From Mobula hypostoma (Eukaryota), in NCBI RefSeq assembly GCF_963921235.1, contig NC_086109.1:28212001-28276000 (forward strand): 64,000 nt of DNA, written 5' to 3'. A program made the position numbers and the translations under genes. This document shows positions 1 through 12,739 of the stretch, piece after piece (the first letter of the stretch is position 1; each line of letters opens with the position of its first letter). The notes under the pieces were generated by a model. The model searched no databases. It worked only from the letters and a program-made list of their open reading frames with translations, and was not told where the DNA came from.

Positions 1-257
1 ATGGTGTCACTATCACAGGTTGCCAGTTTGTTGGTCTATTCTTGTGTGATACTTTGTTCTCTTGTCTAATTAGAACCGTTAGTTCTAAGTTTAGTTCCAA
101 GTTCAGCTCTAGTTACAAGATAGTCCTTGTAAATCCTGTGTCCTTGTCAAGATTCTTCCGGTTTGCTGTTCTACGTTCACGTCTATGCCAGCATGCCCAA
201 CTCAGCCGATGTGCCGGTGTCCTGCACTTGGGTTCTCCTCAGTCACCCTGTGCAACA
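1..257 (+). mobile_element. LTR fragment (end of a solo LTR cut by the window edge), related to the LTR at 32011-32726
   Basis: Ends ...gtcctgcacttgggttc...tgcaaCA, resembling the reverse complement of the 32011 end (gtcctgctcttgggtcc...tgtaaCA). Confidence 0.5.
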
Positions 258-259
258 TT

Positions 260-380
260 AGGTTTCCTCCTGAAGCCTTCGCTATGAGTGGGTATAGTGC
301 AAGACAACAGAGGTTTGAGATCAGAGTTTTCCTTCTCCAAGATGAGCTATCAACCACAGCTGAGAGCCCCACCTGCCCAA
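260..380 (-). mobile_element. Fragment of an RTE-5'UTR-like SINE (same family as 31262-31645)
   Basis: Reverse complement aligns to 31262-31385 (ggaaaactctgatctcaaacctc...ctatacccactcat). Confidence 0.6.
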
Positions 381-781
381 AATATTTCCTTCCCCTATTT
401 AAATTGGAAGCACATTGTAATTGAAAAGACACCTTTGAAGGTTCAAATGCCTTTGCTGGGAGAAACTCATTAATGCAGATATTCTAAAAAATTCTGGTGA
501 CAGAGAGCCACATGCCCAACTATTGATAGAGCTAAGTGATAGTATAAGCCTGGTTTGCAAGCTTGCTTGAACTTGTTTACAATGGAGCAAATTACTTCAA
601 CCCATAGTTGCCTGCCTGGATTGATGCAGCTCAATTAATACAACCCTATTGTTTTAACATTTGGCTGCTGCTTAAGCAAACATCTCATGCTCACCATTTG
701 AGAAGCGGGAGAAATTGCCTCTAAACTCACGAGAGAGCATAGGCCAACAACTTTTTGCTGTTAATGTTTCTGTAGCAGGCA

Positions 782-924
782 ATTTTTTTTTACGAGGTTG
801 AGTTGCTAGCTTGATGCTCAACCCAGCACGGATGGAAAGCATGCCAAGGGAGCCGGCTGGGTTTGAACTCGGAAGCCTTCACTCTGAAGTCCAGCGCTGA
901 TGCCACTATGCCACTAGCTGGCCA
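782..924 (-). mobile_element. Short tRNA-derived SINE with an oligo-A run
   Basis: Minus strand shows A-box tggcatagtgg, B-box gagttcaaacc, a tRNA-like head, and ends ...cctcgtAAAAAAAAA. Confidence 0.65.
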
Positions 925-1353
925 ATGGTCACCATTTGGCATACCATACATCTTAGTCTGTGCATGCATCTCATTTCAGTTTCCTGCTTGCCATTTAGGA
1001 TTTACTTTCAGAACTGAAGACTAGTTCTTGCTTGGATTAATATCTGCTATATTCACATAACTCTGGAATACTTGCTAATGAGGTAGATTGAGAGGTCAAA
1101 AGTCCACCTTGTCATTTTAGGGAACCATTCAATAGTCTTAAGGAAGCATTATAATGTGCAGAGATCAGTACATCAATGAACTAGACCCCCTAATTTGTAT
1201 GGTACAAGTAATCAAGTTGGGTACAGCCTACAATACGACAATTAAATTTCTCAATATTGGAGCAAGACCTATTCTCAAGAAAGTTGCTTTGCCACGTGTA
1301 TCTTTGACAGTGTCCACATTTTCCTGATGATATATTATCTTAATAATATATGG

Positions 1354-2200
1354 TGTTACGTACCCCGTAACTGGGTTGCCAAACCAGCAGAAATGGATCA
1401 CTCAGTTGGAGTCTGGATTACTAGAACTAAGAAAGTTTTATTAAAGAAACAAGAAACACAGTAATCGAAAGGATAATAAATGCAACAGTTCGGCAATGAT
1501 AAACACACATGTGCACAGAATTAAGATAACAGCACCAATCAAGCTCTATTGTTGTCTAGGGGTAAATGACCAATTTCAAAGTGACACAAAGTTCAGTCCA
1601 ATTTAGTAGTTCAGTTCGCAGTAATCGTTGCCATGGTGATGGACAACGTGGGGGGGGGGGAGAGAGAGAGAGAGAACGGGAACGACTGATCATTCAGAAA
1701 CGGCTTCCACTCACAGACCGGCGATATTGCTCACAAGCAGCTTTCCAGGCGGGTCCTTTGTGATGTCACCTGAGGTCACCGACTGTGACCCCTCCTCCAG
1801 ATGCGGTCGATCCTCTGCAGTGAACTCGGCACCCAAGCGAGGGTGGACACACACCGGGTTCCCGCTGATCGTACCTTTCCACCCTGTGTGTTTAAGGTCC
1901 GATACTTCCCACCGACTCGTGAGAGGCGCACCGCTTCCAGGGTCTCATTACCTCGGGTGTCGTGTGTGTCCTGCCTTAGCGAACCTGTCCCTTTTTATCC
2001 CCCTGCTGGGGCATCGCCTGTCCACCACTTCAAACAGTTCAGGGTTCAAAGGGGGAGCCACTCCAGACAGCTCTCTCCTGTCCCTTCATTACACATCTCC
2101 AGATGCTGTTTCATTGTGTTCCTTATCTCTCTCTTGAAGAAAGGTGGCAGACCAACTGCTGATCACACAGGACAGCTAACATCTGTGTATTCTTGTCACA
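1354..2200 (-). mobile_element. Solo LTR (Gypsy/ERV-like), copy 1
   Basis: TGTTAC...GTCACA termini; 4-bp TSD ATGG (1350-1353 / 2201-2204); highly similar to 52187-53044; AATAAA on the minus strand. Confidence 0.9.
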
Positions 2201-2789
2201 ATGGTTTCTATTATAATACTTAGAATAGGATCTGGCAAAGTTTTGGGTGAATTGGAATAACTAACAGGTTAAGTTAGTTATTTAGTTAAATATTGCTTCA
2301 TTTTACAAATGGAAGAGGTTTCAAAAATCAAATGTGAAGTAGCCAAATTTATTTAGATTCAATATTATTCACAGTTCTTGATCATCTTACAATCCACTCA
2401 TACTATTTGCTCTATTTCATTACCTCCAGAGAATATCTTTGTTTTGTAGTACTTAAAGTATATAAGGAAATCTTACATTTATAGCAACTTATAATGCAGC
2501 ATTAAAATGTTCCGAGTTAAACAACTCAATAGTAAATGCTGATTATATGGCAAATTTAAAGGAAAAAAAATGGAGATGGCGGATCAGTGAAGTCCAGGGA
2601 TGGAATTACTGAGGCCTGCATTGTTGTTAACGATGGGGTTAACTGCTGGTGTTTGGGGAAGTTTGGATATATTGGAGAATTCAGGCAGCTTGAAAAGAGT
2701 TCTCCAATATTTCCATTCTTTCCCAAAGAAAGACTTAACTACATGGTGATAAAGAAGAGTATAAAGAAAGATTGCTTTGGGGTTTGATG

Positions 2790-3298
2790 ATAAAACTCTG
2801 GTTAGGCCACACTTGTAGTACTGTGTCCAATTCTGGTCGCCTCACTATAGGAAGGATGCGGAAGCATTGGGAAGGGTACAGAGGAGATCTACCAGGATGC
2901 TGCCTGGTTTAGAGAGTATACATTATGATCAGAGATTAAGGGAGCTAGGGAGACACGATAGAGGTGTACAAGATATAAGAGGAATAGATAGAGTGGATAA
3001 CCAGTGCCTCTTCCCCAGGGCACCACTGCTCAATACAAGAGGACATGGCTTTAAGGTAAGGTGTGGGAAGTTCAAGGGGGATATTAGAGGAAGGCTTTTT
3101 ACTCAGAGAGTGGTTGGTTCGTGGAATACACTGCCTGAGTTAGTGGTGGAGGCAGATACATAAGTGAAATTTAAGAAACTACTAGACAGGTATATGGAGG
3201 AATTTAAGGTGGGGGGTTATATAGGAGGCATAGTTTGAGGGTCAGCACAATATTGTGGACTGAAGGGCCTGTACTGTGCTGTACTATTCTATGTTCTA
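2790..3298 (+). mobile_element. CR1/HER1-type LINE 3' fragment
   Basis: ORF2 C-terminus (RVQRR.TRMLPGLES...FTQRVV..WN.LPE); tail ttctatgttcta; same family as the 41652 and 48152 copies. Confidence 0.92.
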
Positions 3299-3735
3299 TA
3301 ACAATGTGCACATTTTGGACCGGGAGGACAGGTGCTTTGAAAGAGGGGTTAAAGAAGCTATCTTTGACAAACTGGAAAACCCATCCCGGAACAAAAGGGG
3401 TGGGGTACAACATCACCTATCAGCTACTTACAAATGTCATCCTAACATCTCTACCCAAGTGTCTCCACAAGAGTTCAGACCTCCATTCATGCAAAGATAA
3501 GATTAATGACCCTTTCATTACCTCTACGACTCTTAACGGCTGACAGGTGATTGCTATACCCTTAAACAACACACAGAGTTTATAAGCCGGAAATCTACCC
3601 ACCATGGATCAGAACTGAAGAAGCCTCTTGGATGAGTAGTGAAATGTTTTCTGGATAACACAGCAAGCCCAGTTGTCTTAATTCACCACTGCTTAATATA
3701 TGATGACCTAGATGATTGAGTTCCTTCATAGACAT
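3299..3735 (+). mobile_element. Penelope-like element 3' fragment (second PLE family; GIY-YIG C-terminus plus 3' UTR)
   Basis: NNVHILDREDRCFERGVKEAIF..LENPSRNKRGG..HHLS is a typical PLE endonuclease C-terminus, followed by a hammerhead-like motif. Confidence 0.8.
3610..3653 (+). ncRNA. Degenerate hammerhead ribozyme in PLE 3' UTR
   Basis: cagaa-CTGAAGA-agcctcttggatgagtagt-GAAA-tgtt-ttctg; helix I is cagaa/ttctg. Confidence 0.6.
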
Positions 3736-3737
3736 AT

Positions 3738-3872
3738 TGGGGTTCTAATATTTTTCCTGTCATCCATTCTTTGGGGTTTTTCTTCTGTTTTGTGGATGTC
3801 TACAGAGAGTAAGAATTTCAGGTTATATGTTGTACACATTTTCTGATATTAAATGGAACCATTGAGCAATTG
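3738..3872 (+). mobile_element. 3' end of the non-autonomous retroelement family seen at 24679 and 63075
   Basis: Reverse-complement similarity to 24679-24860 and 63080-63205. Confidence 0.55.
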
Positions 3873-5674
3873 AAAGGTTCCTATATTCTCCATGACAGAT
3901 GCAAAGACAAGGACCCTAACATTAACACTAATGCATTCGTACAGCTTCATGAGCATTTTTGGCTGCATGGTTCCTGACAATCTCGAGACAGCACACAATT
4001 TCTGATAACATTCAGAAATACTGCAAAAGATGTAAATAATTTAAACCACTTCATTTAATGGTTGTTAATTAAAGACATAAATTAAAGAAGGAAACACACA
4101 AAATGTAGCTAAACTAACCTTATTAATGACTATCAGTGACCTTATTAAAATGAATGTGGTTATGGCACCTTCAGCTATGGAGGCAGATGGAAAATGTATC
4201 TAGCTCCTCAGCTAAGTTCATTCATGACTTGATTCAGTGATGACTCTGGGGCAGAGTGAGAGGTTAGATGTGTTTGCCATTTAACCTCCATCACATTCCA
4301 TACTTCTGTGACGCAATGTGTAAGCGTGGGAATTGTGATGGTACTGATTGCAACCTGAAGAGTCTCAACCTAAGACATTAATTGTTCATTTCCCTCCAAA
4401 AATGCTGGCTGACCCACCGAGTTGCATCAAGTGTCTTATGTTTTTTTAAACATTTCACTGATTGTCCTCCTCTAAACCACTGCAAAGTGTAAATGTGATC
4501 CGAGCCAATAAATCATTACCAGCAAATGGAAGAAAAAAAGCCAGATTGTAACAGCAAGCTCTCCAGAGGTAAAAGTACACTGATAATATGAAAATAAAGC
4601 TTTGAGATATTATTATAAAGTACACAGTTTTGAATCTGATAACACAATTATTTTCAGTTATACAGAAGTATTTGAGAAAATAATGTGAGGGTAAAATCAA
4701 TTCTTATCTCAGCATTACTAATGTGATATAGGATGAGAAAACTTAACTAAAATGGGCTTGTTTTCCATTTCATACATAGAATATTGAAAATCAGCACATG
4801 TCTAACAGTACAGAAATATGTGCATATTATGAATGCTGCCTGGCATAGATAGTACACATCAGGTTTTGAGAAATGTTTCATCCATTACATGTAAGGAACT
4901 TTTGCACAGGCAACTGTTTTATACAATTTTTTAAATATTAGCCATGGCCATGTTATTATAAGATACTTTATTATGTAATAAATTAATTACAGAAAATTAC
5001 ACAACTTCTATTGCAAACAGAGCACTATGTAGTTTATCAGCTGAAGAAATTTTAGAAATAAAGGCATCACAACTATTATCCTAATTGTATTTTCAATACT
5101 TTACTGAACAATTGTTTTCTACCTTATTGGTTTATTGATGCCTATTCCAAGAAAACCTTTTTACATAACCCTTGGAATTTATATTCTTATTGATAACCTG
5201 CCCTTCACAAAGTGGTGTATGCAAAGAATTAATTATATTTACCTGCAAATGAGGTGCTTACTGCTTTTCTATACGTTGTAAGGTAATGTATTTCTTGTCT
5301 TGTTTTGCAAGAAAAAATAAATGATATCATTGATTTACAATTAAATGAAAATATGAAAAAAGGAATTCTTCAAACATCATTCAGACCAAATCCTCAACCA
5401 ACTATGAATAAAATCTGTGAAGGATAAATTAGCTTTCGTGGGAACATCTTTGGAAAATAAATCATTTATCTTAACTGGATTTAAATCTCCATGTTAAATT
5501 AGGTTTACATAAATCTGATCAAAGACTGGAACTCAAGACTAGACTGCTGAAACAAATAAAACCACTGGGCATGTCTGGGCATTTAAACCACTTCAGAAAA
5601 AAAATCTTCCTGTCTTTTTTCTCTTTCAAGAGTTTATAAGCTTGAAAGATTGGTTCCCAGGCAAAGAGACAAAG

Positions 5675-5855
5675 CTTAGTGGCAGCACTCTCACCTTGAG
5701 GCCATAAATTGAGGTTACTACAACAATGTAGAATTGAGGGAATGCTGCATTGTCATTGTTACGATCTGCCTGCTTAAATGGACGTAAAAAAATCCCATGG
5801 CAATACTTAAGGAAGAGCAGGTGGGTTCTGCTGGTACCCTGGCTCACATTTACCT
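5675..5855 (+). mobile_element. Ancient Deu-domain SINE (SacSINE1/AmnSINE1-like), degenerate
   Basis: tgagggaatgctgcattgtc...tggacgtaaaaaaatcccatggcaatacttaaggaagagcagg...ccctggc matches the Deu-domain core as I recall it. Confidence 0.65.
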
Positions 5856-7339
5856 GCCCATTTGTGAGAGACTAGTTACATTGTGCATTCGGCCCATCAG
5901 CTCAGTGAACGGGACTCAATCTGTGAGTGCAGTAGAAAGTCCGATGTGCCACCATCTGATCTCCAACGATCCTGTACTTCAATGTGGTGCACAGTTGCAA
6001 AAATCCAAAGGCTAACAATCGGTGCAATCTAGACCTTTATGATAATCTGGCTTTACAGGGAGCTGGCATGCAATCAATGGGCCAACTGATCTCCTTCAGT
6101 GCTGTAATCTTTCTGAAATTTAAGCACAACATTTTGCAAGGAGTGAGAATATAAAAGAACACTCATAAATGATCTGTGATTGATTAGATAATATGGAAAC
6201 TTAAAGCCAGGAAACAGTTCCTTCAGCCAACCACATCCACAGCCACACCAACCAGTGAGCACCCACTCTGTATTAATCCCATTTTCCAGCGTTTAACCCA
6301 TAGCCTTCTTACGCCTTGGTAATTCAAATGTTTTTTTTAGACACTTAAATGCTTAAGCAATGCTGCTTTCGCCACTCTCTCAGCCACGTATTCCAGGTAC
6401 TCACTGAGTTTTTCTCACCAATCACTGAGAAGAAGGTCTCTCACTGACCTCATCTAAGTCAAATTCAAAATATATTTATTATCAAAGTACATACAATAGG
6501 TCTCACCATATGCTACCTGAAGATTCATTTTCTTGCAGGCATTTACAGGAAAATAAAGAAGTACGATAGGATTGGTGAAAAACTGTACATTAATAAAGAC
6601 TGACAAACAATCAATGTGCGAAACAAGAGAAATTGTGCAAAATAAAACTTATATATAAATAAATGATACTGGAAGTATGAGTAGCAGAGTCCTTGAAAGT
6701 GTGCCTCTTAGCCCTCATCCTAAATCCGTGTCCTTTAGGTAAGAACAGAGATTAAGGGTTAATTTCAGTCATTCTCCATGGAAGTTAAATCTTATAAAAT
6801 CAGCAAAAGAGCATATAAACACATCAGTGTGTGGTAAATTAATGATGGCTTAGGTCATAAGCCTGCCACTTTAAAAAGAATTACCTGCAGGCTTTAGGCA
6901 CTGTGGACACACTTCCAGCCTTGCACATTGTGTCATGACAGAGTGCAAAATGGAAAATAGCTGCTAAATCCAGGAACAAGGTGGGCCTGTGCTTTCAGTA
7001 GGAATCAGAACCAGTGGTCATCAGGTTGGAGCCAGCAGAGGAGGGCTAATGTTTGGGGTTGTGGAAGAGAACCTGGAAGTCGAGGGGTTCTGGACAGTAG
7101 TCTGGCAAGGGGAAAGTTTGGATGAAAGAACATCCTTGATATTCAGGATCAGGAGAGTGAGAGGATTAGGTTCTAAGGCTAATGGTGGCAAATGTAGAGG
7201 TGCACATAGAGTTAGTAGTGAGTGTTTGTGAATTTAAAAAAACAGCTGATTTTAGTTAAAGCTTTTTTCCATTTTTTTGTACTAAAATTGAATTTTAAAT
7301 AATTTTGGTAGTACACTGTTAACAAATAAAGTTTATGGT

Positions 7340-7764
7340 CTTCTCCGTGGATTGTCACCTTGCCGTGGTGGAGAAGCTTGTGTGGTCCTGTGATCCCGAG
7401 AGCAATGCTGTCTGGAGCTATGCTCCTGGTAAGGGTCACCCATGGCGGTAAGGTCGAGGGTGAGGTCCCTGACAAAGAACAATCCAACCAAGACCTCAAC
7501 GGTGGAACAGGCGGATGAAGTTTCTTCGAACTCAACGGCTGTGAAGGCGGATGAAGGGTGCGACAAATCCATCAGCTCCAATTGTCGTGGCTTCCATGCC
7601 ATTGGAATCAGTTGGTTGATTTGTGAAGTATCGTGTGCTCCTTGGAGTGCAACATCAAGCACACATTAAACAAATACACGCACAGGCGACTTCACTTTGT
7701 GGGGCACTTCTTCAGAATGAAGACCAGCATCCTCGACCTCGAGGGATTGCCACGACGACAATGG
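7340..7764 (+). mobile_element. RTE-derived SINE, family A, full length
   Basis: RTE/BovB-like 5' end (ccttgccgtggtggagaagcttg...gagc), (acg)n-like tail, 11-bp TSD aagtttatggt (7329-7339 / 7765-7775); second copy at 44286-44695. Confidence 0.85.
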
Positions 7765-9376
7765 AAGTTTATGGTTTAGTGTCTAGATTTGGTTGCAGGT
7801 ACAGTGGTGGAAATAGGCAGTTAAGAGTGCAGTCTTAAACAGCTGAGTGAATAAATTAAAGAAGGCTTTCATGAGCTGATTTCTCACCACTTGGCTGGGA
7901 CTAATTGAAGGAAACCTCTTGTAAAATTACACTACAACGGACCAACCACCAATTTTAAAAGTTAATTTGGTTGAGAGTACCTAATGACAGGATAAAGCTC
8001 AAATTCAATCAAGCAAGGATTATATTTATTGCACTTATGGTAGCCATGAATATAAAATGTGGCAGATAAAACTTTATCAACCAGCTAAACATTATTTTAA
8101 ACTAACATAATTAAATCCCAATAAGCAGGAATGTTACAAAGTAAGTTTAATTCTTTACTGTTATCATAGTTTAAAACAGGCGACTTTTGAGTGCTGAGTG
8201 CAAGTTAAGTGCAACAAAACTTTCACATCATTGTCTCTGACTAAATAATAATAATGCTCTTTGAGTGGTAAACTGCCAAGATTTTTTACTCTGTCCTGTG
8301 ATATTTCTAAGTTAATTCCTTATGCTGGCACAATATTTTGGAAAGAGATTCTGAGTTACAAAAGACAATGAAAACAATGTAATTTATTCATTATTCATCT
8401 CAAATCTAAACCACAAGAATTCCCAGATTTCTTACATTTTATCTTCAGAGAAAATAGTAATTTCCTATCACCGTTATTTCAAAAAAAAAGCATCAACTTC
8501 TACACATTACGCAGGTGAAGGATCTTCCAATTTCTTTTCCAACTAAACTTTATTTTAGTTTATCATTACTAAAGCAATTTGACAGATAAATGATGATTTA
8601 ATTCACCGCTTGATTAGTTGTGTCCTCCATTTTGAAGCTGAATATGTTGTTTGGAATTTATTTGAATTAAGTTTTCCAAGGATTCAATACACAAATCATC
8701 TGCATCTCTTGTCCTAAAGAACTCAAGTCAATTTGTGCGTATTTTGTAGATATCAATTGATCTAGTTACAGTATTTGCATTGGCTGATAGACCAGACATT
8801 GATTCTTTTATAAGGTCTTAGTAATGGCAAGATAATGGCAGTACAAAGAGGAGAGCAGAAAAACTAACACCTTTGAATTTAATATTGACTGCATATGACA
8901 TCAAGACACCCTGACAAAGTTGAAGTCGAAGTTTAAAGTTCAAAATAAATTTTATTATTGAAGTACCTATATATCACCTTATACAACACAGAATAATTTT
9001 CTTGCGGGTGTACTCGACAAATATATAGAATAGTAAGTCAATAGGCATTATGGGGAAAACACTCAATAGTTGGAGTCATACCTCACATAAAGGAAGAGGA
9101 AGGTGGTTGTTGGAAGTCCACCATCTCATTTCTAGGACGTCACTGCAGAAGTTCTTCAGCAGTGTCCCATGCACAACCATCTTCAGTCACGGGGAGTATG
9201 TACAAACACCTGACAGACAGCAGAGGGAACTTATCAAAATTAGGCCCATTTACCCATAATTTGTCCTAAGCCTTCTGTGTCGTGGAGATTCATGTGGTTC
9301 TCTAGATGCTTCCATGTGTGAGTGTGTTAATATTTTGAAATGGTTTTTTGATACATTTAAAAGTTTTAGTGAAATA

Positions 9377-9443
9377 CAATACTTTACAAGAGTCTTAGGC
9401 ACATGTATATAGCTAAGGTGCCTAAGACTTTTGCACAGTGCTG
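9377..9443. mobile_element. Ultra-short (67 bp) Tc1/mariner-type MITE
   Basis: TIRs caatactttacaagagtcttaggcac / gtgcctaagacttttgcacagtgctg; TA on the left, CA on the right. Confidence 0.65.
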
Positions 9444-10369
9444 CATTTATTCCTTGATGGTGTCTAAGTGTTTCTGAACATTTGTCAAAGAAATTCACAT
9501 TCAATTTAAACAACAGCTTTGACAGTAGTGAAGTTTGGGGAAGGGGACAATGGTTGTGACACCTGACAAGTGTGAAGGGTAGAGCCAGCCAGTTACACTC
9601 ACTGAAGCCCTGTCTCCTGTCCAATATACTGGGGGCCAGCTTTCCACAGAAGTTAACATCTGCAAAGCGTCTGCTTCATGGGCAGGAACAAGGTGAGCTC
9701 AGGTAACAGGCTGGTCAGCAGAAAATCCTCATTGTCCAGTACAACATTTGACCAGAAGTTGCATTCTCTATTTTTTCAATGGAATATTTCATTTATCACT
9801 ACCGATAGTATTATAGCTCTGGAGATCTCTTTTGAAAATAAAGGAGTTACAAATTGGTTGTAGTGTTACCTTTAAAATTTGTTACCAAGCCAGCAACATA
9901 TACTGAATAGTGCAATCTCAGTGGAAAATGCTTTCCTGAGCTGATGAGAGTGGAGATAAGCCAGAAAGCATATTAGGGAAGTAGTGTCTGTTATGATAAA
10001 TCTGGAGGCATTAACTGGCTTTCGACCAAGTACCAGAAGAAAATGATCCCAGAGAAAATAGTAGAAAGAATTTGGCAAATGAAATCAAGTTAAATGGCAG
10101 GACATTAGTTCTGGAATATTCCATAATCAATATATTCATAGATAGTACATCACAAATGGACTGACTTTATCACTAATTGGCATGTAATTGAGCTTTCTTT
10201 GTAGGATCTATTCATATATTGCAAAACATGTAAGGTTAAGAGTGACCATGTGTAAATAACCAACTTAATTGCCGAGCATGTGGTCAGATTTCAAACTGAT
10301 TGAAATAAGTCAATGAGTTTTGAAGCTTACTCAAAGCAGCCAAACCCTTACAAACTGGCCAGCCTGAGA

Positions 10370-10512
10370 TTTCAGAATCAGCATCAAAATCAGGTTTAAT
10401 GTCACCAGAACATCTTGTGAAATTTGTCAACAGTGGCAGCAGTACAATGCAATACATGATGATATAGAAAAAAATAAGTAAATCAATTAGAGTAAGTAAG
10501 AATATATATGTA

Positions 10513-10551
<39 letters not shown>

Positions 10552-10985
10552 ATGCATGTGTGTATAGTATGTGTATATTAAATAGAAAATGTAAAATAGT
10601 GCAAAAACAGAAATAGTAAAAAAGTGAGATGTTCATGGGTTCAATGTCCACTTGGGGATCTGATAGCAGAGCGGAAGAAGCTGTTCTTGAGTCGCTGAGT
10701 GTGTGCCTTCAGGCTTCTGTTCCTCCTTCCTGACTGAAACAATAAGAAGAGGGCATGTCCAGGGTGATTGCGGTCCTTAATAATTGGACACTGCCTTTCT
10801 GAGGCATCGTTCCTTGAAAGATGCCTTGGATACTACAGAGCCTAGTACCAATGATGGAGCTGACTAGTTTGCAACTTTCTGTAGTTTCTTTTGATGCTGT
10901 GCAGTAGACCCCACAACCCATACTAGACAGTGATGCAGCCTGTCATAATGTTCTCCATGTTACATCTGTAACATATTGATTGCTT
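10370..10985 (-). mobile_element. Rex1/Babar-type LINE 3' fragment
   Basis: (TCTGAT)n-type tail; degenerate C-terminus resembling KD..HPGHALF..L.SGRR.RSL.AHTQR..NSFF. Confidence 0.75.
10516..10550. repeat. (TG)n microsatellite
   Basis: Direct read. Confidence 0.95.
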
Positions 10986-11061
10986 TCTTAGACTGGGAGT
11001 CACTTGCTGTATAATGACTATAACAGTTTGCATGAGACATCCTTGAACGTTTCTTACTCTA

Positions 11062-11925
11062 TAATCAGTATCAGAATCAGCATTAGAATCACCAGCGTTC
11101 GTCATGAAAGTTGTTGTCTTTCCAGCAGCAGTACAATGCAATACATAATAAAAACTGTGAATTACAGTAAGTACATATATCTTAAATAGTGCAATTAAAT
11201 ACGTATTGCAAAAATATTTTTCTTTAAAGTAGTGAGGTAGTATTCATGGGTTCAATTTCCATTCAGAAATCCGATGGCAGAGGAGATGAAGCTTTTTCTG
11301 AATCATTGAGTGCATGCCTTTAGGCTCCTGTACCTCCGTCCTGATGGTAGCAGCGAGAGCAGGGCATGTCCCGGATGCTGGGGATCCCTACTGATGGACG
11401 CCATTGCTCCCTGAAGATGTCCTGGATACTACAGAGGTTAGTGTCCATGATGGAGTGAACTAAGTTTGTAACTCTCTGTAGCCTATTTCAATCCTGTGTA
11501 GTAGCACTCCCAACCATACCTGGTGATGATGCAGCCAGTTTGAGTACTCTCTACGGTACATCTGTAGAAATTTGTAAGTGTCTTTGGTGACATACCAAAT
11601 CCCCTCAAACTAAGAATAAAATATTGCAGATGTTGTGCCTTGTTTGTAGCTGCATTGATATGTTGAGTCCAGGATTAATCCTCAGAGATATTGACACCCA
11701 AGAACCTGAAATTGCTCTCTCTTTCCACCTCTGATCCCTCTAGGAGAACTGATGTGTGATCCCTCGTCTTACCTCTTGTGAAGACCACAATCAGTTCTTT
11801 GGCCTTACTGACATTGAGTGCAAGGTTGCTGCTGTGACACCATTCAGCTAGCAGATATATCTTGTACCTGTATGCCCCCTCATCACCAACTGAAATTCTG
11901 CCAACAATAGTTGTAACATCAACAT
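11062..11925 (-). mobile_element. Rex1/Babar-type LINE 3' fragment
   Basis: Same tail and degenerate ORF as 10370-10985, extending further 5'. Confidence 0.75.
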
Positions 11926-12739
11926 AAAAGTTGAAATATTCAATTAATTTAAAGAGTTTGTGAAATTCAGATCACTGGAATAAATTCAACATATCAGTAC
12001 ATCCTCAATTCATGGATATTACTGTTTTCATTTCTATTTGTCAGGCCACTGATTATCTAATGTATTTCTCTGGCAAGGAACTTGTCTCACTGGTGCAGTG
12101 GGAAATTTGAAAGAGTAGTAATTCTGGCTTGTGCCAGCAGTACAATCTCAAAAAATAACCTTATTAAATTTAATAGGAGAATATTCCACCCACCCATTCA
12201 AATACATAACATTTGAAATTTATCTCCATTTTTGAAAAAAATGTATTTGTCATGAATGGAAAATTGCACAATTAAAACAAATGATACAATATATTTCCTC
12301 ATTCCATTGGGAAATATGGAATTGGGTCATTAGCTTTCCAGCAGAGACTTCATTGCTTTGGACTGTCTTGACACAAGGAGGGACACTAAAGCAATCCTCT
12401 TTCTTCACAGCCATTTTCATTGTTAAGTCATACTTTTTTTCAGAAGAACTAAACAAATTATAAAATATCCTCACTAATATTTTCCTAGAAGTTGACAAAT
12501 GAATGAACCGTGGATATGACACTTTGTTACCAGAACTGTTTGGAAAACTGGGATCCCTCTATGGTTCTGATTCTGATTTCATAGGCTCAAAGTTCTGAAC
12601 TCAGACAATATGATTCCTTTAATTATGAATTTATTATGTATAATATACTTCCAAGATAATCTAACCCCACTGGAGGTCAGAGATGAAAAAAAGTTTTAAC
12701 TTTTGCAATGCATGCCTCTCTCACTTCTTCACACTGTTC

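Noticed and set aside
782..924. Functional tRNA gene
   Set aside because: It has a tRNA-like head followed by unrelated sequence and oligo-A, and the cloverleaf is imperfect, as expected for a SINE.
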